Shown: positions 28,284 through 38,450, numbered from the stretch's first letter. The stretch: 64,000 nt of DNA from Spirochaetia bacterium (GCA_965203905.1 CBDBDQ010000005.1:3808001-3872000), one strand, 5' to 3'. Program-made: numbers and translations. Notes: generated by a model from the letters alone, not told the origin.

Positions 28284-28964
28284 ATGCCTGTCCTCCGGGC
28301 AGTGCTGTTCGATCTCGACGAGACGCTGCTCGACCGCGCCGGGGCCTACGCCCGCCTCTGCCGGCACTGGTACCGCACCCTGCCGCGAGTAGGCCGGCCG
28401 TCCGCCGAAGAGCGATTCGTGGCCCGGATGGCGGCTTGGGATCAGGCCGGACGGGCGAAGCACGAGTGCTACGGCAGCCTGTTGCAGCTATGGCCCGACT
28501 GCTTTGCCGACGTGGAGACGGCCATCGCCGCACACCGCCGCCTGCTGCCGGAATTCGTCACGCTCGATCCGCGCACCCGAGAACTGCTGATCCGGTTGCG
28601 CCGTGACGGGATCCGCAGTGCGGTAGTGACCAACGGCACCAGCGCCTCGCAGCGGACCAAGCTGCGCAACACTGGAACAGATGACCTGGTGGATGCGATC
28701 GTGGTCTCGGAGGAGGCTGGCGTGGCCAAGCCGGAGCCGGAGATTTTCCAGCACGCTCTGGCAGCGATTGACGCCGACCCCGCGACGACGTTGTTCGTGG
28801 GCGACAATCCCGCAGCCGACATTTGCGGCGCGAAGGGGCTCGGTCTGCTGGCCGCCTGGCTACATCATGGCCGCGACTGGGAGCTGGCCACGCCGCGCCC
28901 GGACTACGTCATCGGCGCGGTGTGGGAACTCGGAGCGCTGCTCGACAGCGCAACCCCGCGGTAA
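28284..28964 (+). CDS. HAD-family hydrolase
   Basis: FDLDETL, VTNG, KPEPEIF, VGDNPAADI. Confidence 0.92.
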   Translation: MPVLRAVLFDLDETLLDRAGAYARLCRHWYRTLPRVGRPSAEERFVARMAAWDQAGRAKHECYGSLLQLWPDCFADVETAIAAHRRLLPEFVTLDPRTRELLIRLRRDGIRSAVVTNGTSASQRTKLRNTGTDDLVDAIVVSEEAGVAKPEPEIFQHALAAIDADPATTLFVGDNPAADICGAKGLGLLAAWLHHGRDWELATPRPDYVIGAVWELGALLDSATPR

Positions 28965-29043
28965 GGGCGCGCCGTGAGGCGGCAGGTCATCGCGGGCTGG
29001 TGGTGTTCCGCAGCGCGGCGCGGCAGCCGTTTCGGCCGCGCCG

Positions 29044-30057
29044 CTATTCCCACGGGTGCAGGACGATCTTGGCGGCCTCGCCGGCCGCGAGCAGGCCGAA
29101 GGCGTCCTGGATGCGGCTCATCGGCATGACGTGGCTGATCAGCTTGTCGATCAACGGCGACTCGGCGATCACCCGCATCACCCCTTCGTAGTCGCTCATG
29201 TTGTAGAGCCAGGTGCCGGCGACATGCAGTCCCTTGCGGATCATGTCCGGGCTCACGGTGATGGCCAGCTCCTTCGAGCTCTCGCCGACGAAGGCCACCC
29301 GGCCGCGGCGGCGTACGGCGTCGATGCACAGCCGCTCACCGGCCACGGCGCCGGAGCAGTCGAGCGCACAGTCGACGCCGCGGCCGCCGGTCAGCTCCCG
29401 GATGCGGGCCGCCAGGTCGCCGTCCGCCGGGTCCAGCACCACCTCGGCGCCCAGCTCGCGGCCCAGCGCCGCCCGCCACGGCGCCGGCTCCACTGCCAGC
29501 ACGCGCGCGCCGCGGAAGCGGGCGTTGATCACGCCGCCCAGCCCCACCGGTCCGAGGCCGCTGATCAGCACCGTGTCGAAGGCGTCCACGCCGATCGCCT
29601 GCATGCCGCCGAAGGAGGCTCCGATGCCGTCGATCGCCATCGTCGCCTGCTCGTAGCTGACCCCGTCCGGGATCGGGAGCAGCAGCCAGGAGGGCTTCAG
29701 CACGTAGTGCGCAAAGGTGGTGCTTCCTTCGCGAGTGCCGTGCACCGCGGCGAAGTCGATGGTGTCCTCGCAGTAGATGTAGTCGCCGGCCCGGCACAGG
29801 GCGCAGGTGCCGCACGGGAACTGCGGCATCACCACCACCCGGTCTCCGACCTGCACCCGTCCGGGCTGATCGACGGCCACCACCTCGCCGGCTCCCTCGT
29901 GGCCGATCACTTCCATGCTCCGCCCGGCCATCCACGCCTTGTACTCGGTGCACATGGCCGAGGCGTGCACCTTGACCAGGACCCAGTCGTCCTTCGGCTC
30001 CGGTTTCGACGTCGGAACCACGTCCGCCTGCCGCTCGCCCACGATCCTCGCTTTCAT
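29044..30057 (-). CDS. Zn-dependent alcohol/sugar dehydrogenase (MDR)
   Basis: MCTE, GHEGAG, CGTCALC...C, GLGPVG. Confidence 0.92.
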   Translation of the reverse strand: MKARIVGERQADVVPTSKPEPKDDWVLVKVHASAMCTEYKAWMAGRSMEVIGHEGAGEVVAVDQPGRVQVGDRVVVMPQFPCGTCALCRAGDYIYCEDTIDFAAVHGTREGSTTFAHYVLKPSWLLLPIPDGVSYEQATMAIDGIGASFGGMQAIGVDAFDTVLISGLGPVGLGGVINARFRGARVLAVEPAPWRAALGRELGAEVVLDPADGDLAARIRELTGGRGVDCALDCSGAVAGERLCIDAVRRRGRVAFVGESSKELAITVSPDMIRKGLHVAGTWLYNMSDYEGVMRVIAESPLIDKLISHVMPMSRIQDAFGLLAAGEAAKIVLHPWE

Positions 30058-30302
30058 GCATTCCTCCTCGCCGTCCCGTGACGGCCGCGCGCGGGTGCAG
30101 GCTCTACCGGTTGCCCGAAAACGTCAATCGGGGAGGCCGCGGCAAGCGCTCCGGGCGGCGTCGGGTGCGCGTCCGGCCGGGGCGCCGGAATCCGCTGGCA
30201 GGGCGGTTTACCAGGCGGCCCGGTTGTGCTTCCGTTAGGCAACATCCGCGGTGTCGCGCGGGCCTCCGGAACCGGCCCACCGGCGCTGCACGGGAGCACG
30301 AC

Positions 30303-31394
30303 ATGAAGATCACCGGCGTTCGCGTCGAGAGCTACAGGTGGCCGCGCCGGCGGCCGATTTCCAACGGCCTGCACACCTACACCCACAGCGGGGTGGGGTT
30401 CGTATTCATCGATACCGACGACGGGGTCACCGGGATCGGCATCGGCGCCAGCAAGGTGGGAGTCATCCGTGCCGCCATCGAGCACTTCACTCCCATGCTG
30501 ATCGGCGAAGACCCGATCGCCGTGGAACGGCTGTGGCACAAGCTGTGGGTACCCAAGCTGGTGGGCCGCCGCGGCCTGACCACGCGTGCCATCAGCGCCA
30601 TCGACATTGCCCTGTGGGACCTGCGCGCCAAGGTTGCGGGCATGCCGCTGTACAAGCTGCTCGGCGGCTTCCGCCAGCGCGTGCCCACCTACATCGCCGG
30701 CGGCTACTACGAGGATGGCAAGGGACTGAAGGAGTTGCAGGAGGAGCTGGCCGGCCACGTCGAGGCGGGTGCCAAGGCGGTGAAGATGAAGATCGGCGCG
30801 GTGCCGATCCCCGAGGACGTGGCACGGGTGAAGGCGGCGCGCGAGGCGGTGGGTCCTGACGTCAAGCTGATGATCGACGCCAACTGCGCCTACCGCTGGT
30901 ACGAGGCGGTGCAGCTCGCCGAGCGGGTGGCGGAGTACGATCCGTTCTGGTTCGAGGAACCGATCGCGCCCGACGACTACGAGGGCCATCGGCGCATCGC
31001 CGAGAAGACCACGATCCCGATCGCCACCGGCGAGAACGAGTACACCCGCTACGGGTTCCGCGACCTGATCGCCACCGGCAGCGTCCCGATCCTGAACCCC
31101 GACGCGGTGGTGCTCGGCGGCATCTCCGAGTTCATGAAGGTGACGGCGCTGGCCCAGGCCCACGACCTGGTGATCGCCCCGCACGGCCCCCAGGAGGTGC
31201 ACATCCACCTGCTGGGAGCGATCGCCAACGGCCTGATCCTGGAGTTCTACCCGCGCTACCTGGATCCGATGTGGGGCAAGATCTACACCGAGACCCTGAC
31301 CCTGAACGACGACGGTACCGTGAGCCCGCCCGAGGTGCCGGGCATCGGCCTGGAGCCGCGTTACGACACGCTCCAGCAGTACCGCGAGGCGTAG
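30303..31394 (+). CDS. Mandelate racemase/muconate lactonizing enzyme family (acid-sugar dehydratase-like)
   Basis: DIALWDL, KMK, DAN, FEEP, GEN, PH motifs. Confidence 0.92.
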   Translation: MKITGVRVESYRWPRRRPISNGLHTYTHSGVGFVFIDTDDGVTGIGIGASKVGVIRAAIEHFTPMLIGEDPIAVERLWHKLWVPKLVGRRGLTTRAISAIDIALWDLRAKVAGMPLYKLLGGFRQRVPTYIAGGYYEDGKGLKELQEELAGHVEAGAKAVKMKIGAVPIPEDVARVKAAREAVGPDVKLMIDANCAYRWYEAVQLAERVAEYDPFWFEEPIAPDDYEGHRRIAEKTTIPIATGENEYTRYGFRDLIATGSVPILNPDAVVLGGISEFMKVTALAQAHDLVIAPHGPQEVHIHLLGAIANGLILEFYPRYLDPMWGKIYTETLTLNDDGTVSPPEVPGIGLEPRYDTLQQYREA

Positions 31395-31396
31395 CG

Positions 31397-32134
31397 GTGG
31401 GCGAAGTAGCGATTGTCACCGGAGCCAGCCGCGGGATCGGCGCGGCGACCGCGCGGCTGCTGGCCGGGCGCGGGTATGCGGTGTGCGTCAACTACCGCAC
31501 CGAGCCCGAGGCGGCGCAGCGGCTGTGCGCGGAGCTGGGGGCCGGCGGCGGGAAGGCGATCGCGGTGGCCGCGGACGTGAGCGACCCCGCGCAGGTGGAG
31601 CGGCTGTTCGCGACGGTCGACGACGAGCTGGGGCCGCTCACGGCGCTGGTCAACAACGCCGCCGCCATCGGGCCGAGCACGCGGGTGGCGGAGTTGAAGC
31701 TGGAGCACCTGCAGCGGGTGCTGGCGGTGAACGTGGTGGGCGTGGTGCTGTGCACGCAGCAGGCGCTGAAGCGCATGTCGACGGCTGTCGGCGGCCGCGG
31801 CGGGGCGATCGTCAACGTCTCCTCGGGGGCGGCCTATATTGGCGGCCCCGGCGCCAGCGTGCACTACGCCGCCACCAAGGGCGCGGTCAACAGCTTCACC
31901 ATCGGCGTGGCGCAGGAGGTGATGGCCGAGGGTATCCGGGTGAACGCCGTAAGCCCCGGGTTCACCGACACCGCGATGGTGCGCGGTTCCGACTACTCGC
32001 GCCACGTAGCGGCCATTCCAGCGGGGCGTCCCGCCGAGCCCGAGGAGATAGCCGAAGCGATCGTGTGGCTGCTGTCGCCGCAGGCGCGCTTTGTGGCGGC
32101 CGCCAACATCCGCGTCGCCGGCGGCCGCCCGTAG
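31397..32134 (+). CDS. SDR oxidoreductase
   Basis: TGASRGIG, NNA, YAATK, VNAVSPG. Confidence 0.92.
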   Translation: MGEVAIVTGASRGIGAATARLLAGRGYAVCVNYRTEPEAAQRLCAELGAGGGKAIAVAADVSDPAQVERLFATVDDELGPLTALVNNAAAIGPSTRVAELKLEHLQRVLAVNVVGVVLCTQQALKRMSTAVGGRGGAIVNVSSGAAYIGGPGASVHYAATKGAVNSFTIGVAQEVMAEGIRVNAVSPGFTDTAMVRGSDYSRHVAAIPAGRPAEPEEIAEAIVWLLSPQARFVAAANIRVAGGRP

Positions 32135-32195
32135 CCACGGCGTGCTCGGCCGACCGTGAGGTGCTGAGCGACCATTGATGCCATAGACGTGGATC

Positions 32196-32240
32196 ATTCG
32201 GAGAAGAAACTTGCATATTCTCCGGATTTTCCGCGACAAT
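32196..32240 (+). promoter_or_regulatory. Putative rloA promoter with inverted-repeat operator
   Basis: TTGCAT (32211)-18 nt-GACAAT (32235). Inverted repeat ATTCGGAGAA-N12-TTCTCCGGAT (9/10) flanks the -35. Confidence 0.55.
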
Positions 32241-32246
32241 GGCTCT

Positions 32247-33623
32247 ATGAAGGACCGAAACTACGCGTCGGGTGTGAGTGCGCTACTCTCGTTTACCGCC
32301 CGGAATGTCCGTTCCTATCGCGAAGTGGTGCATCTGTCGCTGCTCGCGACCAGATTGTCCGATACGGACGTTGTACGTGATGTGGACACCGCTGGAGCGT
32401 CCTCACCGGTGAGCGTGCTTCCCGTGGCGGGGATCTTCGGAGCGAACGCTTCGGGCAAGTCGACAGCGTTGCGCGCCATGGCGGACATGCGCGCGATCGT
32501 AATCGGCTCGTTTCGTCACGGAGACCATGAAACGAGGATACGGCGATATCCATTTCTGCTCCAGGACGAGAGCGCACGTCCGTCCCTCTTCGAGGTCGAC
32601 CTGATTCTCTCCGGCGTCCGCTGGCAGTATGGCTTCGAGATCGATGACCACCACGTTCTCGGCGAATATGCCTATTACTATCCGAAGGGTCGTCAAGCGC
32701 TGGTCTTTCGCCGCGAGCGTGATCGTCAAGAGCCGCATTTCGGTCAGTTGTTCCGCTCTTCAGGTCCCGAGCTTGCACGTCTGGTCCGAAGGAACGCGCT
32801 CCTCCTCTCGGTCGCCGGCGCGGCGGCAGACGACACACCGGGGAGTCGTCCCAGGATCGGCTCGTTGCTCGGGCCGCTGTTCGCCTGGTTCCGAACCAGT
32901 CTCCTCTTGATGGACTCCGGCAATGGTACGCAACGCATCGCCCGGACCGCCGATCTCACGCGGTATGCCGCGACACGCGAACGAGTCCTCGCCCTTATCC
33001 GCGCCGCCGACCTCGGCATCACCGATGTAGAGCGATTCCACCGCGACTTCAAGCCGGAGCTTGCCGAGCGGGTGCAGCGGGTGCTCCGGATCATGAACGG
33101 ACTTGAAGAGAGTGGCCCCGAGGGGCAAGACGACCGATTGGTCGTAAGTGACCTCGTACGCCTGCACCACATGGGGCTTGCAGGGTCCGCAGCGATCGAT
33201 CCGGAGCATGAATCCGAGGGAACGCTGACCTGGGTCAGCTTGATCGGGCCGGTGCTGGACGCTCTGCGTCGCGGAGTGGCCGTCCTCGTGGATGACCTCG
33301 ACGCCAGTCTGCACCCCCACCTCGTGCAACGGTTCATTCACCTGTTTCAGGATCGCGACACCAATCCGCAGTGTGCTCAACTCATCTTCAATGCCCATGA
33401 TGTCACGATCCTGGGCGACAGCAGTCAGCGCACCCTCGGCCGAGATCAGATCTGGCTGACAGAGAAGGCAGCAGACGGCACAACCACGCTGTACGCTTTG
33501 GCAGACTTCCGCCCCAAGGGCGATGAAGCCGTCGGCCGTCGCTATCTCCAGGGTCGTTACGGAGGAGTTCCGATACTGGATCCAGCGGAATTTCGACAGG
33601 CGATCGGCTCAGGGGATTCGTGA
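32247..33623 (+). CDS. RloA/AbiLi-like ABC-type ATPase (AAA_21)
   Basis: NVRSY, GIFGANASGKS, ESEGT, LVDDLDASLHP, FNAHD, RDQIWLTEK, YLQGRYGGVP. Confidence 0.9.
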   Translation: MKDRNYASGVSALLSFTARNVRSYREVVHLSLLATRLSDTDVVRDVDTAGASSPVSVLPVAGIFGANASGKSTALRAMADMRAIVIGSFRHGDHETRIRRYPFLLQDESARPSLFEVDLILSGVRWQYGFEIDDHHVLGEYAYYYPKGRQALVFRRERDRQEPHFGQLFRSSGPELARLVRRNALLLSVAGAAADDTPGSRPRIGSLLGPLFAWFRTSLLLMDSGNGTQRIARTADLTRYAATRERVLALIRAADLGITDVERFHRDFKPELAERVQRVLRIMNGLEESGPEGQDDRLVVSDLVRLHHMGLAGSAAIDPEHESEGTLTWVSLIGPVLDALRRGVAVLVDDLDASLHPHLVQRFIHLFQDRDTNPQCAQLIFNAHDVTILGDSSQRTLGRDQIWLTEKAADGTTTLYALADFRPKGDEAVGRRYLQGRYGGVPILDPAEFRQAIGSGDS

Positions 33624-34252
33624 CCCCACCTTCCGGTCGACGGCCGCGGCGCGGCTATACTCCACGGAGGGCACGGCGTGTCATACGTGTTCTCACGGAG
33701 GGTAAGGTCACGGAGCCCACCTACCTGTTCGCGTGGGCGCGTCGCTTCCGGCACAGCGTCAGCCTCAGCTTGCGCGAAAGCGAAAGCGGGATGGCACCCG
33801 AGACACTTGTCGATCGTGCCATACAACACATGCGCCGAAGGCGCCGATCCAGGCGTGGCGATCAGGACTTCGACGAGATCTGGTGCGTGTTTGACATCGA
33901 CCAACACCCGAACATACCGACTGCCATACACAACGCCCGGCAAAGTGGCGTCGAAGTTGCGGTGTCCAATCCGTGCATCGAGCTATGGCTTGTGTTGCAC
34001 GTCGAAGATCAGACGGCGTACATCAGTCGGCGCAACGTGCAACGTCGGGCCAGCGAACTCCAACTTACGTCCGGGAAGGGGATTCCCGACAGCGCGTGGA
34101 ATACGCTGTTCGATGAGTTCGAAACCGCGCGACAGCGTGCCAAGACGCTGGATCAGCGACACGCGGGCAACGGGTCGCCGCCCCGGTCGAATCCAAGCAC
34201 TGGCATCTGGCGGCTTGTCGACCGGATGATCCGATACGCACGCGATCAGTGA
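33620..34252 (+). CDS. rloB: RloB family protein (TOPRIM-like)
   Basis: VLTEGKVTEPTY, WCVFDID, SNPCIELWLVLH, NPST; GTGA overlap with the ATPase gene. Confidence 0.9.
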   Translation: MTPPSGRRPRRGYTPRRARRVIRVLTEGKVTEPTYLFAWARRFRHSVSLSLRESESGMAPETLVDRAIQHMRRRRRSRRGDQDFDEIWCVFDIDQHPNIPTAIHNARQSGVEVAVSNPCIELWLVLHVEDQTAYISRRNVQRRASELQLTSGKGIPDSAWNTLFDEFETARQRAKTLDQRHAGNGSPPRSNPSTGIWRLVDRMIRYARDQ

Positions 34253-34263
34253 CGAGCAGTACC

Positions 34264-35061
34264 TCAGCCCATCGCGATGCCGCCGTCGACGTGGATCGAC
34301 TGGCCGGTGATGTTGCACGCCTCCTCGGAGGCCAGGAACGCCACCAGGTTGCCCACGTCCTCGGGGGTCTGCGGCCGGCCCAGCACGGCACCGCCCGCGA
34401 ACTCGTCGAACACCTGGCGCGGATCCTGGCCGGCGCGGGCGGGATCATGCTGCGCCATCATCGGCGCCAGCCGTTCCCAGAACGGCGTCCAGACCAGCCC
34501 CGGGCAGACCGCGTTGACGTTGACGTTGTAGGGTCCCAACTCCTTGGCCAGGATGCGGGTGAGGTTGAGCAGCGCGTTCTTGGCCGCGGCGTAGGGCGGC
34601 ACGAACACGGGGTCGCGCTTGGCGGAGATGGAGGAGATGTTGACGACCTTGCCGGAGCGGCGCTCCATCATGTGAGAAGCCAGGGCCTTGCACATGAAGA
34701 ACGGACCTTTGACGTGGACGTCGAAGTTCTCGTCCCAGTCCTCACCGGTGAGGTTCGTGAAGGGCAGGGCGAGGTGGGCGCCAAAGTGGCCGGCGTTGTT
34801 GACCACGATGTCCACCTGACCGAAGCGCTCCAGCGCCTGCCGCACCACCTCCACGCAGTCGGCCTCGCTGGTCACGTCCCCCACCACGGCCAGCCCGCGC
34901 CGACCCGCCTGCTCCGCGGCCGCGACCGTCTCCTGGGCCCGACGCAGGTCGAGGTCGGACACCACCACGTCCGCCCCCTCCCGCGTCAGACAGGCGCAGA
35001 TGCCGCGTCCCATGCCGCCGCCACCGCCGGTGACGATGGCCACTTTTTCCTGCAATCGCAT
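34264..35061 (-). CDS. SDR oxidoreductase
   Basis: TGGGGGMG, VNNAG, YAAAK, NAVCPG, ITGQSIHVDGG. Confidence 0.92.
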   Translation of the reverse strand: MRLQEKVAIVTGGGGGMGRGICACLTREGADVVVSDLDLRRAQETVAAAEQAGRRGLAVVGDVTSEADCVEVVRQALERFGQVDIVVNNAGHFGAHLALPFTNLTGEDWDENFDVHVKGPFFMCKALASHMMERRSGKVVNISSISAKRDPVFVPPYAAAKNALLNLTRILAKELGPYNVNVNAVCPGLVWTPFWERLAPMMAQHDPARAGQDPRQVFDEFAGGAVLGRPQTPEDVGNLVAFLASEEACNITGQSIHVDGGIAMG

Positions 35062-35305
35062 GCCCCCCCTTGTGCAATGGGCGGCCCCGCCATGTCCAGC
35101 CCCATTTGACGCCACGCGCGTCAGCGCCGCGCCAGTGCCCCAAAACAGCGCTACTGTAGTACCTTCAGCGCTTCGCTGGCTCATCACAGTTCAGATACGA
35201 CTCTTCGAGCGGCGAAGGTCCGTACATACCAGGAACAGGAACAAGCGTGAGGCCCGTTGTGCACGATGATCCATGGTTGAAAATGATCCTCGCCGACGCG
35301 CATGA

Positions 35306-36418
35306 TTGCCTAACGTGGTACGAGCGGATAGAATCTGTCTGACCGACATGAGTGTTTTTCTTAATGAGTGTGGACTTACGGCTGACGAGATAGTTGAATT
35401 GCAAAGTATTGCGATGAAGTCAATAGATACTAGCAGAGCAGTTCTGTCACGTCGAAATCTTGAATGTGTGTCTCCAGAAACGACTGACAGAATTCGAAAC
35501 GCTCTGGTCAAAGATTGGATGACAATATTCTCCGAAACTGGTCGATACAGACTCGTGGGTAGTGTCCGTGACGATCCCGGAATGATCCAATCTCTCCATG
35601 GGTTTCTGACGAACATTCTTGTTGACCCTTTGATGCACCGTAGTGTCGTAAGTTGGTGTTTCTATCATGCTCTGCGGGAGAGTTCCGAAAGTTTTCAACT
35701 TGATCACTGTACAAGTCCGACCGGAGAGAGCCACCTTACCGGGCTGCTGCTAGGAGAAATCAAGAATAAGTGCTGTCTATGGGGTGAGATAGCGGCGACA
35801 CCTCTTGATCGTGCACAAACCAATCTGTCACTCAAGAGAATCGATTTGTCGATACTAGGAGGTGAACAGAAGACCGGAGGTGATTTTGCACTGGTTTTGG
35901 ACTTCCATCAGAAAGGATTGAATGTGCAATCGGAGTTGTCAGATTTCCGCATTGTTCCATTGGTATTTCAGGCAAAGCGCTATTTGCGACCCAGCGCCGA
36001 CTTATCCCAGAAACATCGTACCCGTGGCTACCAGTCTACACTGCTATGCCGGAATCCATGCAGGTCAGCATACATCTTCTACGAAAACGGGACACACAGG
36101 ATTGAGATCCCTATGCAGCCGCTGCTCAAGTCGGTGACCGATGTGTCGGTTCCGCCTTACCGGACGAACGTACTTGAGGGAGGCATTGATTTACCAAGTT
36201 ATCTTCTGAAGGCACTGTGCAGCCCTTCTTTCGCTGTAGAAGCTGAGTCCGAAGAAGAGGCGTTACGCATGATTCTCGGAAGCGGACATTCTGCACAACT
36301 TTCGACATTGGCAGTGATTTCGAGTACATCCGACGCGGAGGAGAGATACTCATCAGCGTTGGTCAAGGCTTTTCACGAAGACCAAAACAGGAGAGATAAA
36401 CGCGCTAAAGAGAGTTGA
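35306..36418 (+). CDS. Low-GC hypothetical protein with a PD-(D/E)xK-like nuclease motif (start may be ATG 35348)
   Basis: 370-codon ORF; three hand-counted 60-nt lines gave 42-60% GC against roughly 70% in the core region; motif GESHLTG...EQKTGGDFALVL...LVFQAKR. Confidence 0.6.
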   Translation: MPNVVRADRICLTDMSVFLNECGLTADEIVELQSIAMKSIDTSRAVLSRRNLECVSPETTDRIRNALVKDWMTIFSETGRYRLVGSVRDDPGMIQSLHGFLTNILVDPLMHRSVVSWCFYHALRESSESFQLDHCTSPTGESHLTGLLLGEIKNKCCLWGEIAATPLDRAQTNLSLKRIDLSILGGEQKTGGDFALVLDFHQKGLNVQSELSDFRIVPLVFQAKRYLRPSADLSQKHRTRGYQSTLLCRNPCRSAYIFYENGTHRIEIPMQPLLKSVTDVSVPPYRTNVLEGGIDLPSYLLKALCSPSFAVEAESEEEALRMILGSGHSAQLSTLAVISSTSDAEERYSSALVKAFHEDQNRRDKRAKES

Positions 36419-36639
36419 GCAATCGTTCGCGATTAGACCTCAGTTGTTGCGCAAAAGACTGTCGACCGCGAGTCACGCGAGAGCGTCCCAGATGCTCTTT
36501 CTTATCTTGGTTGTTCTTTGCGCAGTCGCTTGCGCTGTTCCAGTCCTCTCCACTGAGCAGGTATCATGCTTTGATGGATGCACTTAAGAGCGAGTTCATC
36601 GAGCTTATCAATGGAGGCTCGGGGACCGTGACAGTTATG

Positions 36640-37375
36640 CCAACGGCGACGACCACGGCGTTCAGCCACTGGACGAACACCTTGAGCTTGCGCACGTAGT
36701 AATCGATGCCGCCGTCGCTCAGATTACGCTCACTCTTCAGATGTTCCAGATAACGCCGCAGCCGCTCGCTCCAAAGCCCGCCGTCGGTACCCAGATAGTC
36801 GGCGTCGAACACCCGTTGATGAGGCTCCCGCACCGCACGGCCAGACGGTTGGAAGGACAGCCAACCCTGCTGTCCGCAATACTCGAAGAACGTCGCGCTG
36901 CAGGTCGCCGCCCGCGCGATCCTTCGTGCCCGCAGCTATCCCAACGCCTGACGATACGTATTCGCCGCCATCCTGCTCAGCGGCAACTCCAGTCCGAGGC
37001 CACGGCACAAGTCATCGACAGCCCGCCGGAGGTGTGCTTCATCGGCGCGTTCAGCGAGCTGTTCACGGCGGTATTCATCTACCACCGTCGCCAGGGCGAC
37101 GTGCTTTACATTCGCGTCTGCCGTCCGCCACCACTGCAAGAATTCCGCTGCCGCGACCCGTCGCTCAGTCGTTCGGGCGACACCGACGACCCCACGACCG
37201 TACAGCCGGATCTCCGTCATCTTCAGCAGCCGCGACGGCCGCCCCGGCTGATGCAGCGCCACCGCGTACGACAGCCAGCGCCGCAATAGGATCTGCTTGC
37301 GCCCCATGTTAGCGGCCGAGTAATGCTGCTGCCGCAGGTCGCCGTGTAGCTGTCGATCGCCGCGCCCAGCGTCAT
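36640..37375 (-). pseudogene. Decayed tyrosine recombinase (multi-SAM, RIT/Tn554-like) N-terminal remnant
   Basis: MTLGAAIDSY, frameshift near 37345, then DLRQQHYSAAN...; in-frame TAG at 36938-36936; then RYLEHLKSERNLSDGGIDYYVRKLKVFVQWL; no catalytic domain. Left boundary is approximate. Confidence 0.7.
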
Positions 37376-37398
37376 TCCTTCACTTCCGCCACCAAGGG

Positions 37399-37863
37399 AC
37401 TGCCTACGGCTACGACCAGGGCTCGGGTCGGCTGACCGAGCTGCAGACCGTGTCGACGCTTCGCGAGGGGTTCTCGGGTGCCAACCACTGCGCCGACATA
37501 CACGTCTCGCCATCAGGTGGCTTCGTTTACGGTTCCAACCGAGGCCACGACAGCATCGTCACATTCGCGATCAACCCGGGCGACGGCACGCTCACCTACG
37601 TCGGCAACGAGCCGAGCCGTGGCAAGACGGCGCAGAACTTCGTCATCGATCCATCGGGCGAGCTGTTGCTGGTCGCGAGTCTGGATTCGGACACCGTCGT
37701 ACCGTTCAAGGTGGATCAACGAACTGGGGAGCTGGACGCGACCGGCCACGTAGCCGACGTGCCCGAGCCCGCCTGCCTGAAGTTGATGCCGGCTGGTGGA
37801 TAGCTGCGCCACGAGCTGACTCGGCTGCGGGCTCCGAGGGGGGCCGGCTCCTCCCTCGGCGCC
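37399..37863 (+). repeat. Inverted duplicate copy 1: lactonase 3' 405 nt plus downstream intergenic DNA
   Basis: Reverse complement of 49587-50050; only 2 substitutions and a 1-nt indel seen. Confidence 0.95.
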
Positions 37864-37889
37864 AGACACATGGACCGGCATCATTCCTC

Positions 37890-38450
37890 CTACTCCGACC
37901 CCTTCGCGTTCGCGCGTGGCTTGGATACTGGTCTGCCGTAGAGGGTGACGATCTGCCAGGGTTGGATGGCGAACGAGACCTGCCGCTCGGCGACGGTGAT
38001 TGGCGTGCCGGGATCCAGACGGTCGCCGTAGAAGTCGCTCTCCTCGGCGACCCCGACTTCGAAAGGCAACGTCAGCTCCACCTGACTGCGCTCGCCATGG
38101 CTCTCGTACATCCGCAATACGACCGCTTGCCCGTGGCGGTACATCGCCGTCATGACGACGCTTTGGGGGCGGATCTGCACGAAGCTTGCTGCTGGCGCCA
38201 CAATTCTCGCCGGTGCAGTTGAGCGTGACGAGCTGATCGTTCCCGTGCCGTGGGTTCGAGCACCTCGAGAGGTCCCCGGTGCCGGCGGCGCTGGCCTCGT
38301 CTCGCCAGTGGTCCATCGCAGCGGCTCCTGAAACTCCGAGGCCCGTCGGTGGACCTGCGCTCGCCGCCAGTCGCCGCGGTGGGGATAGAGCGAATAGCGC
38401 ACGCGCTGCAGCCCTTTCAGCCCTTTGCACTCCTGATACCGGCTGATGTA
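37890..38450 (-). pseudogene. C-terminal remnant of a GH38 alpha-mannosidase-like gene
   Basis: RYSLYPHRGDWR...ASEFQEPL, VVLRMYESHG, FAIQPWQIVTL; no catalytic N-terminal region or start. Confidence 0.7.

Noticed and set aside
30110-30243. Possible MITE bounded by GTTGCC...GGCAAC
   Set aside because: Only a 6-bp inverted repeat, no target duplication and no second copy; the region is a divergent promoter spacer.
35308-36480. Low-GC gene as an integron cassette (GCCTAAC at 35308-35314, GTTGAGC at the gene end)
   Set aside because: No paired R''/L''-L'/R' attC palindrome and no intI; these 7-mers can occur by chance.
36500-36650. Short minus-strand frame (RRWHNCHGPRASIDKLDELALK...QPR*) as a partner of the low-GC gene
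   Set aside because: No start codon context or recognisable motif; at most a truncated tail.
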